Positions 7,904 through 16,000 are shown, counted from the stretch's first letter. The stretch is DNA of 64,000 nt from an uncultured bacterium (GCA_937903605.1 CALCZC010000016.1:3183-67182), one strand, 5' to 3'. Translations and numbers: made by a program. Notes: generated from the letters alone by a model not told the origin.

Positions 7904-8398
7904 TTATCGTTTATCCCATGATATATCTAATAAAAAGGCATCGTCCTTGGGCGACAAGGCAATGGTATATCCCTTTTTGATAAGAATATTTAAAAATTCT
8001 TGCATAATTGAACTTTGTTGAGTTTCAGAATGGATAACGACAGAATAGGAATCCCTTCCAACTGAAGCAAGATGTTTAATTTTTTCAGAAATCATCAAAC
8101 AAAGATCTATGACACCCTTTTCGTTTGCCTTAGTTGCGATTTCAAAAGATTCTTTTGCTGATTTGAGGTTTATAAGATAATTTTTCATTATTATTGCCTC
8201 CTTAATATGGTCATATGCACTTACTCTTGCTTCACTAAGTTTTTCCTTTAACCGCTCATTCTCATCTGCCATTGCCTCTGCATTGGCCATAACAACATCC
8301 CAAAGGACAGGAACAAACAAAAGATAGAAATCGCCATCTTCCTGGTCCCAAACTTCCATAGGCTTATTGTCTTTGATTTGTTTAAGATAATCGTTCAT
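7904..8398 (-). CDS. hypothetical coiled-coil protein
   Basis: ORF. Confidence 0.45.
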   Translation of the reverse strand: MNDYLKQIKDNKPMEVWDQEDGDFYLLFVPVLWDVVMANAEAMADENERLKEKLSEARVSAYDHIKEAIIMKNYLINLKSAKESFEIATKANEKGVIDLCLMISEKIKHLASVGRDSYSVVIHSETQQSSIMQEFLNILIKKGYTIALSPKDDAFLLDISWDKR

Positions 8399-8406
8399 AA
8401 TGCTCC

Positions 8407-8697
8407 TTAAATCTTAATCCTACATGAAATATAAGTTACAAATTTAGTTTTAGTATTTTTAAACCTACGAATATCAGATGCCACTGGAATGCCTATATTA
8501 TCTTTTAATAGACATTCTAAGTGCAAAGAAAGAGCCTCTCTTGCCATCCTAATGCCATGAGGCAGGCTAAGGCCATAAGTGAAGATGCCTCCACCATCTG
8601 CTTCAAGGTCAGGAAAGCGAATATAAAACCCTTGCTCCTTTCCTGCTTTGTATTCAGTAAATTCCGCTGGATAGATAAACTGTTTAGTTTTTGCCAT
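8407..8697 (-). CDS. HicB-like / UPF0150 antitoxin-fold protein, with no adjacent HicA
   Basis: YPAEF ... GFYIRFPDL ... AREALSLHLE ... IP matches the HicB N-domain signature; AAGGAGCG SD. Confidence 0.5.
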   Translation of the reverse strand: MAKTKQFIYPAEFTEYKAGKEQGFYIRFPDLEADGGGIFTYGLSLPHGIRMAREALSLHLECLLKDNIGIPVASDIRRFKNTKTKFVTYISCRIKI

Positions 8698-8721
8698 AAG
8701 TAATCACGCTCCTTAATACTA

Positions 8722-8750
8722 ATCTTAACACATCATAAAAAGAATGTCAA
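8722..8750 (-). promoter_or_regulatory. sigma-A promoter TTGACA-17-TAAGAT (TGn) for the leftward early operon
   Basis: Minus strand reads TTCTTGACATTCtttttatgatgTGtTAAGAT. Confidence 0.5.
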
Positions 8751-9217
8751 GAAAATTCTTTTAATATTTTAATAAAGCCGAGACGAATGTAATGAGGCCG
8801 GCTAATGGGCGTAGCAGCGGAATCATTACAGTATGGCTATGCTATTCAAAACACTAATAAACACTATATTGATACTAAAATTAATTAAATGTCAAGAAAT
8901 ATTTATGCTTAATTTTTATACAGTATTTTTAAATAGATTACTGAGGGAAAAGAAAAATAAAAATATCCCCCGACATCCATGAGACGAGCGCGAGCGAGCG
9001 AATGGATGTTAAACATGATCTTACGGATAAACGGTAATGTTATTCTTTTGTGTTTTAAGAGGCATTAGTTTAAAGATTCGATAAAATGCTCATTTAAAAT
9101 ACAAAATCGTTTTTAGATACGTTTCTGATTGTTTTAGAGGCAATATAAATATTATTTCGGATATAAGTATAAGAGATATGATATATGATTATGATTGAGT
9201 TTATTACGTTACATAAT

Positions 9218-9345
9218 AGTTACGTAATAATTAATTATTATTAATTATTTATTTTTATTATTATACGCCATATTATTTATTTATTAATTATAATTATTTA
9301 ATTATTACGTAACTATTTATAACGTAATATTATTATTACGTAACT
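9218..9345. repeat. three copies of the 14-mer ATTATTACGTAACT (one inverted at 9218-9231, two direct at 9301-9314 and 9332-9345), each centred on the palindrome TTACGTAA
   Basis: Direct reading. Confidence 0.55.
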
Positions 9346-9350
9346 GTTAT

Positions 9351-9373
9351 TTATATATATGCGCGCGCGTATC
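9351..9373. repeat. alternating purine-pyrimidine tract TATATATATGCGCGCGCGTAT (potential Z-DNA or cruciform)
   Basis: Direct reading; the (GC)4 run is conspicuous in AT-rich DNA. Confidence 0.4.
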
Positions 9374-9379
9374 TATAGC

Positions 9380-9411
9380 AAAAATAAAAAAATTGGACCT
9401 GGAGTAGGTCC
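9380..9411 (-). terminator. hairpin GGACCT-ggagt-AGGTCC flanked by A/T runs; acts as a minus-strand terminator
   Basis: Minus strand: hairpin followed by AAUUUUUUUAUUUUU. Confidence 0.4.
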
Positions 9412-9427
9412 AAAAAAAATGAAAAAT

Positions 9428-9516
9428 GGACCTAAGACAGGTCACAAGGTCATCATTTTAAGGTCACAAGGTCAAAAAAAATATTAAAATTGGACCTATC
9501 TTAGGTCACAAGGTCC
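9428..9516 (+). promoter_or_regulatory. operator array: three AGGTCA-ca-AGGTCA direct-repeat dyads (9439-9452, 9461-9474, 9503-9516) with inverted GGACCT half-sites at 9428-9433 and 9492-9497
   Basis: Direct reading; located 30-120 bp upstream of the -35 at 9545. Confidence 0.55.
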
Positions 9517-9544
9517 AATTTTTTATAAATTGTTAAAATAGTTC

Positions 9545-9573
9545 TTGACATTCAATTCGTGTTATGTTAATAT
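9545..9573 (+). promoter_or_regulatory. sigma-A promoter TTGACA-17-TAATAT (TGn)
   Basis: TTCTTGACATTCaattcgtgttaTGtTAATAT, then GGAGGAGG SD and the ATG at 9596. Confidence 0.55.
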
Positions 9574-9595
9574 TAAAAATGGAGGAGGCGATATT

Positions 9596-9922
9596 ATGAA
9601 AAAGGAGCGACCATATTTAAGAGCAAGGGTGGATAAACATTTATTTGAGGCATTTCGTAGAAAAATCTATTTAGACAATTGCAGTGCAGCTATGGCTTTA
9701 AATTCTATTTTATCTAACTATTTTGTTTATCATCAAAAATATTTAAAACCAGAAAATTCTTATATTCCCGTTAATATACATCCATCTAATGCATTACAAT
9801 ATAAGAATTTTTATTATAACGACACAGAATATGATCCTGGTGATGGCAACAATTCGTATTTTGATGAGAATGGCAACAACGAGGGAGAAGGAGAACTGGA
9901 AGAGGGAGATAGCAATGATTAA
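9596..9922 (+). CDS. ribbon-helix-helix (CopG/Arc-like) regulator with acidic Asn/Gly/Glu tail
   Basis: PYLRARV strand followed by two helices (DKHLFEAFRRKI, SAAMALNSIL); start set at the ATG after GGAGGAGG rather than the track TTG at 9545. Confidence 0.5.
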   Translation: MKKERPYLRARVDKHLFEAFRRKIYLDNCSAAMALNSILSNYFVYHQKYLKPENSYIPVNIHPSNALQYKNFYYNDTEYDPGDGNNSYFDENGNNEGEGELEEGDSND

Positions 9923-10091
9923 GCCTTTATTAAGCGATGAAATTAAGGACGATCTATTTTTGATCGAAAACTATTCTCGAATAGCAATGAGACCTGTATC
10001 TTTAGATGAAGCCAAGAAAATGGATGAAATGTTTAAAGCATATCAGAGCGATTTAAGAATGAAACTATTTTTAAAGGAGCAAACTAAATGA
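9915..10091 (+). CDS. hypothetical small protein (MIKPLLSDE ...)
   Basis: ATG preceded by GAGGGAGA; overlaps the previous stop. Confidence 0.4.
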   Translation: MIKPLLSDEIKDDLFLIENYSRIAMRPVSLDEAKKMDEMFKAYQSDLRMKLFLKEQTK

Positions 10092-10579
10092 GACCTGAAA
10101 TCAAAAGAATGAATGAAAGATTGGGATATTTCTTACACGAATTAGATTTATGCAACGCCCATATTAATCACGCTGAGGAAGAAATAGATAGACTTAATCG
10201 TGAGTTAGCAGTTGTCCGAGAAAGCAATGATATACTAAGAGAGGCACTTAAAAAATCTGAAGAAGAAAACTCATTTTTAACCCAAACACTTAATACTGAA
10301 AACGATAGATTAGATCAAAACGAAGAATTAGAAAAAGAAAACGCAAAGCTAAGACTTAAAAATAATGCTCTTGAAAATGATATGGCCGATTTGGCATTTA
10401 GACTTAAATGGGCTATAACAGAAAATAAAGACCTTAACTTCAAGATAGAAGAAATGAACAAACTTAAATTAGGCCATTATTACTGCAAGTGTGGCGCTAT
10501 AGCGATATATCATCGTATGATAAATGGCGGAGAATATTATTGTGTTAACTGTTTTAAAAGAGATGTGGTTAAGTTATGA
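10088..10579 (+). CDS. coiled-coil protein with C-terminal zinc ribbon (CKCG ... CVNC)
   Basis: Heptad-rich sequence; AGGAGC SD. Confidence 0.5.
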   Translation: MRPEIKRMNERLGYFLHELDLCNAHINHAEEEIDRLNRELAVVRESNDILREALKKSEEENSFLTQTLNTENDRLDQNEELEKENAKLRLKNNALENDMADLAFRLKWAITENKDLNFKIEEMNKLKLGHYYCKCGAIAIYHRMINGGEYYCVNCFKRDVVKL

Positions 10580-10945
10580 AAATATCTCCTCCGCCGTTTC
10601 CAGAAGTTTGGGGAGTCATATTGGGAACTATCCTGGCGTTAATACATTTAATTTATATTGAATTTGTGAGGTGAACAATTCTGATTGAAACAATACGCAT
10701 AGAGCCAAGCATAAGGTCAGACCGGCCTGGATATACATTTGTAGTCAATGTAGTCAAACAGCCTCATGAGAGAGTGTGTAAAGAGGTTTTAGATGCCGGC
10801 CCATATGGAGGATTGTATCACTGCGAACAAGGGCATACAAATAAAAACACAAACAAACTAATAGATGCAATGATTGAGGCAGCAGAACAACATATTGATG
10901 AATGTAGACTGGCAATAGAGGAGTTAAGAAAGATAAGGTGCAAAA

Positions 10946-11305
10946 ATGAATAGTCTTATATCAATCGTAATAGGTTTTAATATAATGATATCACCAATGC
11001 CAGCACAAGAAACAAAGGAAGTAGAAACAGCAACACATCCAGCTATGTCAATCGAAGAATACATACAACCTATATTAGAGACGACAGGAGAGCTACAATT
11101 AGTCCCAAAGATGGGTTATGATGTTATAGAGTGTCAATCTAATATTGGTTCAGTTGAAATACAATCTCAATCAATAATAGGCGATGGATTTGAAACACAT
11201 CCATGCCCTCAGAACTATCCAGGCTGTATGGTGGTTAGATGGGAAGTAACAGAAGGAAAGATAACAACGATGTGTCACTTTCATAAAATTAAACATGAGA
11301 AATAA
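10946..11305 (+). CDS. hypothetical protein
   Basis: ORF. Confidence 0.45.
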   Translation: MNSLISIVIGFNIMISPMPAQETKEVETATHPAMSIEEYIQPILETTGELQLVPKMGYDVIECQSNIGSVEIQSQSIIGDGFETHPCPQNYPGCMVVRWEVTEGKITTMCHFHKIKHEK

Positions 11306-11314
11306 GGAGTAAAT

Positions 11315-11713
11315 ATGGGAACTAATTTCTATTTATATGTCGATGTATGCGAATGCTGTGGCCGGCCAGACCAGCAAGTGCATATTGGCAAGAGGTCAAT
11401 GGGCTGGACATTTGGTTTACAGGGATTTGCCGGACAGTGGGATTTTAGTGGCATATTTGCAAAGTTTCTTGAAGAGAATAAAATAACATCAATTAAATCC
11501 TGGGCAACATGGAAAAAGATATTTAAGAAGATGCCAAAGAATTGGTATATCGTTGATGAATATGGCAAGAGAGAAGATATAAAAGAGTTTATAAAAGAAG
11601 TGGAAGATTCGTATAAAGATAAGAAACGAAAGAATCATTCAAAGGAATATTACGATGAAAAGACATATTTAGACGATAAAGGTTATAGCATTTCAGAACA
11701 TTATTTTAGTTGA
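11315..11713 (+). CDS. hypothetical protein
   Basis: AAGGAG SD. Confidence 0.5.
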   Translation: MGTNFYLYVDVCECCGRPDQQVHIGKRSMGWTFGLQGFAGQWDFSGIFAKFLEENKITSIKSWATWKKIFKKMPKNWYIVDEYGKREDIKEFIKEVEDSYKDKKRKNHSKEYYDEKTYLDDKGYSISEHYFS

Positions 11714-11725
11714 GAGAAATAAAGA

Positions 11726-11756
11726 AGCGCCGGAGGACCGGCGCTTTATTCTTTTA
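11726..11756. terminator. bidirectional rho-independent terminator AGCGCCGG-agga-CCGGCGCT with T-run (and A-run upstream)
   Basis: 8-bp GC stem between convergent genes. Confidence 0.65.
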
Positions 11757-11759
11757 TAT

Positions 11760-11957
11760 TTATCTATTTTCTTCATCACAAGAACACAAAATAAAGTCGT
11801 TTTCTGTCCCACAATAGTATTCACATTTTAAACAGGCATCTCCAACATGTTTTAGAATGCCATCCATATTAAATGTTTGATATGGGCATATAGTTTGTAA
11901 TGGTTCTTTGAGCAAATTACTTTTAGTAAAACCTCGACGGAAGCGGAGCATTTTCAT
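11760..11957 (-). CDS. Cys-rich small protein
   Basis: ORF. Confidence 0.4.
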   Translation of the reverse strand: MKMLRFRRGFTKSNLLKEPLQTICPYQTFNMDGILKHVGDACLKCEYYCGTENDFILCSCDEENR

Positions 11958-11959
11958 TT

Positions 11960-12241
11960 TTATCTCCTATATTTATCTCTCACATAAATATATGTTTCTG
12001 GATGATATATTTGTAAATGTGTTAAAACATCAAAAGCATTAATTGGCTTATTGCACATGCGACACCTAACAAACTCATTGTTATCTAACATCTTCATTCG
12101 AACTGCATGTGCATCTCTACATGATTGAGAACAGAACTTGGCATCTTTACGTCTACCAATAAATACATCTCTGCATTCTTCCCATTGGCATATTAGTTCT
12201 ATTGGTTTTCTTTTAGCCGATCCGCTGCCTACGCCGCCCAT
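11960..12241 (-). CDS. zinc-finger protein (multiple CxxC)
   Basis: CQWEEC ... CSQSC ... CRMC. Confidence 0.45.
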   Translation of the reverse strand: MGGVGSGSAKRKPIELICQWEECRDVFIGRRKDAKFCSQSCRDAHAVRMKMLDNNEFVRCRMCNKPINAFDVLTHLQIYHPETYIYVRDKYRR

Positions 12242-12760
12242 TTAAATCTCCTTTGGATTAATAGATACTATTACTTTATTCGCTTGTATTGCTCGTTTAA
12301 CTGCATCTGCCGTACCACCTGTTTTATCTCCATTATAAACTGCCAATAAGACATCACAACGATTAATCATATATTGATTCCTATCTTGCATACAGCCATT
12401 AGAATAGGGTTTATTTGATACATGGACTATCTCATCTACTTTAGATAAAATATAAGCATATCTTTGACGGTCTACGTCGCACCAACGTGAATCTTGATTA
12501 AGACAAGGAACTGCTGCTATAAGTTTCATATTGTGGCAGGATTTCATTTCTATTATAGCTTCTGCAAATATTGTATCAACTCCAAGTGCCATGCCAGAAA
12601 TACATTCGATTCGCGTATCCGTTGGGTGGTGTTCATTCTCCCACCATATACGTACAATATCATGCATTATTATCTGTTTTAAAACAGTATATTTATGATG
12701 ATTTAAATCATATCCCCAGAGTTTATCAGGTCGATGGCCAGTGACTGATATTGAAATCAT
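12242..12760 (-). CDS. SLOG-superfamily protein of the YpsA/DUF1273 family
   Basis: Motifs ITGHRP..L, ISGMALGVD, AEAI, KLIAAVP, RNQYMINRCDVLLAVYNG..GGT match the Bacillus YpsA-family pattern. Confidence 0.5.
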   Translation of the reverse strand: MISISVTGHRPDKLWGYDLNHHKYTVLKQIIMHDIVRIWWENEHHPTDTRIECISGMALGVDTIFAEAIIEMKSCHNMKLIAAVPCLNQDSRWCDVDRQRYAYILSKVDEIVHVSNKPYSNGCMQDRNQYMINRCDVLLAVYNGDKTGGTADAVKRAIQANKVIVSINPKEI

Positions 12761-13002
12761 TCTCCCTCCTCGTTACTATCATTGCGTTCGTCTGCCTCGT
12801 TGCAACGTCCATCTTCGGCAATCGATATTTCATATGGAAATCCACATTTATTAATTATATTCCAAGAGCATTTTTTATTGTAACAAAACATTACTCTTCT
12901 TCTCCCATCACATCCATCTCTACTTGTGCAAAATCAATTAGTATTCCATCTTCCGCCCATGGAATAGGATATTCTATAAAAGGTAATGTAATTTGTATTG
13001 TT

Positions 13003-13464
13003 TTAATTAATTTCATTGACAATTCTTGCTGCTTGTTCTTTTGTTATATTTAAATACTGACAGGCCGTATATTTAATTGGAATATCGAATGTTAATGTTT
13101 CTCCATCAACTCTAAACATTTGGACATAGAATATATCAGGCTCTGGTTTGTTCATATAAACCATTATATATTTATTCTCTGCGATATGTTCAATTTTATG
13201 ACGATAGTGGCCGGCTGCATCATTAGAATAAATATGCCATGGTGATTTTGAATTTCTTAGTTTTATCTTGCCCTCGTTTGCTATAGTCATGATATAAAAC
13301 TTATTCATTTCCTCTCCTTCTGCCGCATGTGCTACTTCAACATATTTAATGAAGAAATAGATACATAATAAAATAATACATAGGGTTATAAATATTGTTA
13401 TGGCCTCTCGCATTTTTTCTTTTTTAGTTATGCGTTTGATGTAAATCTGCTCATATGGTTTCAT
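13003..13464 (-). CDS. membrane-anchored hypothetical protein (N-terminal TM helix)
   Basis: Hydrophobic segment ITIFITLCIILLCIYFFI. Confidence 0.45.
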   Translation of the reverse strand: MKPYEQIYIKRITKKEKMREAITIFITLCIILLCIYFFIKYVEVAHAAEGEEMNKFYIMTIANEGKIKLRNSKSPWHIYSNDAAGHYRHKIEHIAENKYIMVYMNKPEPDIFYVQMFRVDGETLTFDIPIKYTACQYLNITKEQAARIVNEIN

Positions 13465-13679
13465 TCTTTCCTCAACCTATCCTTCATATTGCTGTTTTTA
13501 TAACAATATCCATGAATAACGTCATTCACTTTATAAACTTCTTCCCTGGTCATTTCAATATCATCGGCGCATACGGAACAATAAACTGTTTCTGATTTAG
13601 ACTGAACTAACTTTTCTTTTTTAGATTTGCAAATGGGGCATGTATACTCAAATATGGGCATAAACCATCTCCTGTTCAT
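13461..13679 (-). CDS. zinc-ribbon protein
   Basis: CPIC ... CSVC. Confidence 0.45.
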   Translation of the reverse strand: MNRRWFMPIFEYTCPICKSKKEKLVQSKSETVYCSVCADDIEMTREEVYKVNDVIHGYCYKNSNMKDRLRKE

Positions 13680-13911
13680 CTAATTTGGCAAGTGTAAAGC
13701 GAAACATTTCTACATTATTAACTATAACACGTTCTAACCACATTTTCTGAGGTCTTGCCCATATGCGAGGCTCAGACATATCAGCACGGCGATATAGCAC
13801 CATTGACTCGTTTGTTTCTGAATGCGTGGCGAAACCCATAACTTCGTAGTAACAACCCTTGTAGTGTTTGTATATTTGTCCAGTTTTAATAATAGGAAGT
13901 TCAAGTTCCAT
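13648..13911 (-). CDS. DUF1653-like protein
   Basis: IYKHYKGCYYEV ... ATHSETNESMVLYR ... WARP matches the DUF1653 signature. Confidence 0.45.
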   Translation of the reverse strand: MELELPIIKTGQIYKHYKGCYYEVMGFATHSETNESMVLYRRADMSEPRIWARPQKMWLERVIVNNVEMFRFTLAKLDEQEMVYAHI

Positions 13912-13921
13912 AATGCCTCCG

Positions 13922-14287
13922 TTAAAATTCTTCAGTGGTATTAAAAACTATTGCGATCTCACTTGGTCTTTTATAAATAGTTTCAATCCAGAATTTATTT
14001 AATTGATTATGTTCAACGCTATTGCGTATTATGCGTTTTGTATTGCTGATGATATAGTCTTTAGTATCTGCACAGTATTCAGCTTGCCAGCCGCCATCAA
14101 ATATCTTTTTAAGTTTATCAATCCAGTGGTCAACTGTCGCGTCTAATGTATCAATATGTTTCACTTCAAATGTTTCATAGCGAGTAAGATTAGTTATGCG
14201 ATTATCATTATCTTTGAGCCATTGGTTGCATTCAATTTGGTTATTAAACACTGCATAAGGAACGCCTTCAAGAGTAAGTAATATCAT
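13922..14287 (-). CDS. hypothetical protein
   Basis: ORF. Confidence 0.45.
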   Translation of the reverse strand: MILLTLEGVPYAVFNNQIECNQWLKDNDNRITNLTRYETFEVKHIDTLDATVDHWIDKLKKIFDGGWQAEYCADTKDYIISNTKRIIRNSVEHNQLNKFWIETIYKRPSEIAIVFNTTEEF

Positions 14288-14544
14288 TTCATCAACTCTC
14301 TTTCAGTAATCCAATATACCATTCCATCTTTTTTTTTTTCTTTTCTTTTTTCGATATATTCTCGTGCTGCTTTTCTTGTTTTAAATGCATGATCTAATTT
14401 GCCGTGATTGCCACTTAAAAATAGAAAATCTTCTTCCTTCATTATAAGATATATTTTCATTTTAGAAAAGCACCTCGTATTCATTAATATAAAATATAAT
14501 TGGTGATTCTTTAATAAATATCTCTGCAGTTTCTTTCGTAGCAC
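14284..14544 (-). CDS. hypothetical basic protein
   Basis: ORF; start uncertain. Confidence 0.35.
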   Translation of the reverse strand: MLRKKLQRYLLKNHQLYFILMNTRCFSKMKIYLIMKEEDFLFLSGNHGKLDHAFKTRKAAREYIEKRKEKKKDGMVYWITERELMK

Positions 14545-14592
14545 AAACCGCTAATATGTCCTGCCAAATATTTGTAACAATCCATACTTTAT

Positions 14593-14838
14593 TCATTTCA
14601 TCACCGCCACTATAGGATCTATTGTTGCATAAATCGATAAGCCGGCCATCTTACATTCAGGACATTCATAATCTTCCCAGAAGTGTTTATCTGGCGTATG
14701 CGGATTTGTTTTAACTACTATCCTGTATAAACATCCACAATGACTACAGGCCGTTTCTATATGCCCAAGTTTAGATTTGCCAAGATAATTATTTATTGTC
14801 TTCATCACGCACCACCGTCTCTTTGGACGCTTGGTCAT
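14593..14838 (-). CDS. zinc-binding small protein (CSHCGC ... CPEC)
   Basis: ORF. Confidence 0.4.
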   Translation of the reverse strand: MTKRPKRRWCVMKTINNYLGKSKLGHIETACSHCGCLYRIVVKTNPHTPDKHFWEDYECPECKMAGLSIYATIDPIVAVMK

Positions 14839-15259
14839 AGAATATCTTGGCCTTGTCTGCGAAGTATTTAGCTATTGGCATCCAGAAAGTAATTATTGTT
14901 GCCTGTTCTATTGGAAGAGAAATGTCCTGCAACGAATCGATTAATATAATTAGCGTTGCCATAGGTCTATCCATAACAGGAACATCAAGCAAGTGAATAG
15001 TTTCTAACGATTTGATATGTTCCGCGCGGCGCAATGCAAACATTTGATATGCTTGGGTGGCAACACATAAATCTGATATTGCCTTTAACTCATTATAGAA
15101 TTCCATAAAATTATAGGTTTTGCTGTTGCTTCTGTAATTATCGGGGAAGTCTATTATCTTATTAAGAAATGTTTCTGTTAGTGCCATATAATCAGGCATG
15201 GGCCTATTATCTTCTTGGGGCTGGATGACTTCTAACGGGTAACTCTGTTTCTTTTCCAT
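14789..15259 (-). CDS. hypothetical protein
   Basis: AAGGAG SD; driven by the promoter at 15288-15316. Confidence 0.5.
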   Translation of the reverse strand: MEKKQSYPLEVIQPQEDNRPMPDYMALTETFLNKIIDFPDNYRSNSKTYNFMEFYNELKAISDLCVATQAYQMFALRRAEHIKSLETIHLLDVPVMDRPMATLIILIDSLQDISLPIEQATIITFWMPIAKYFADKAKIFYDQASKETVVRDEDNK

Positions 15260-15287
15260 ATCTGCTCCTTTTTATATTCTTAATCTC

Positions 15288-15316
15288 ATTTTAACATATA
15301 CTATTTTGAATGTCAA
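15288..15316 (-). promoter_or_regulatory. sigma-A promoter TTGACA-17-TAAAAT (TGn)
   Basis: Minus strand reads TTCTTGACATTCaaaatagtataTGtTAAAAT. Confidence 0.5.
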
Positions 15317-15401
15317 GAACTATTTTTAACTTTCTGGAAATAAAAAATAGGCCCACTAGGAGAGCCTATTAGTCGGGCATTTACTCGGACATTATGTCCT
15401 A

Positions 15402-15563
15402 TTAGTTTTTATGCAGAAATTCCATGATAAGCATACGAGTGAGGGTGCCAACGCCAACGCCTTTATCATCTGCTATCTTCTCGAATTTAGCATAATCTTC
15501 GTTCTTCAGTTTAGTAGAGAACTGTTTATCTACTTTCAGAAGAGGGTCGATTTTCTTATTCAT
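15402..15563 (-). CDS. ribbon-helix-helix (CopG/Arc-like) small regulator
   Basis: Start trimmed to MNKKID because the track ORF overlaps the tRNA; FSTKL strand plus two helices (NEDYAKFEKIADDKG, VGTLTRMLIMEFL). Confidence 0.45.
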   Translation of the reverse strand: MNKKIDPLLKVDKQFSTKLKNEDYAKFEKIADDKGVGVGTLTRMLIMEFLHKN

Positions 15564-15590
15564 ATCACACCACCTTTTGTTTTGTTTTAA

Positions 15591-15664
15591 TCCGAATTGC
15601 CCGACTTGAACGGGCGGCCTCCTGGACCCAAACCAGGCGCTCTGGCCAACTGAGCTAAATTCGG
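15591..15664 (-). tRNA. tRNA-Pro (anticodon UGG), 74 nt, no encoded CCA
   Basis: Cloverleaf folded by hand: acceptor CCGAATT/AATTCGG, D-stem GCTC/GAGC, anticodon stem CCTGG/CCAGG with loop TTTGGGT, T-stem GCCCG/CGGGC with loop TTCAAGT, discriminator A. Confidence 0.85.
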
Positions 15665-15689
15665 GCAATAGGTCCAATAAATATCTGCA

Positions 15690-16000
15690 AACATTTATCA
15701 GTAAATATTTATAAGTTTGCGAAGGAGGGCAAACAAATTATAAATAACCCTATTTTAAGTTTGGTCGAGGGGCCAAGACGACTACTCTTGGCTTCTAACA
15801 AGAGCTACTTGTTCGCATTCACATGTCTTTATGCTACTCCTCGATTTTTAAAGCAAGCGCGGCTGGAATCGGACCAACATTGGAGGAACCAAAACCGTCC
15901 CATCAAACTTATGAAAATCGTTTTAAGTGACTTTCTGTTGATTTCGCACTTCATCCAGACTGCGGTTGGACTCCATAGGATTCTCTCGTCTTACATTCTG
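15690..16000 (-). ncRNA. candidate TnpB omega-RNA (reRNA) region: 3' end of tnpB plus downstream right-end region; guide expected just 5' of the tRNA
   Basis: Positional inference from the known IS200/IS605 TnpB architecture; boundaries not determined. Confidence 0.3.

Noticed and set aside
8866-8895. Second TTGACA -35 element (8890-8895, minus strand) upstream of the 8722-8750 promoter
   Set aside because: No acceptable -10 hexamer at 16-18 bp spacing (TCAATA/CAATAT only), so it is not called as a separate promoter.
8407-9400. Search for a HicA toxin partner next to the HicB-like gene
   Set aside because: No ORF of 50-70 aa with the HicA-type dsRBD-like pattern lies on either side. The upstream 850 bp are noncoding.
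9380-9520. Repeated GGACCT/AGGTCA units: could this be a CRISPR array?
   Set aside because: The repeats are only 6 bp and occur in mixed direct and inverted orientation. Their spacing is irregular, with no spacers of uniform length and no cas genes. They read as operator half-sites instead.
12751-13053. Plus-strand 100-aa ORF
   Set aside because: It is antisense to the minus-strand gene block, hydrophobic and low-complexity, and has no SD.
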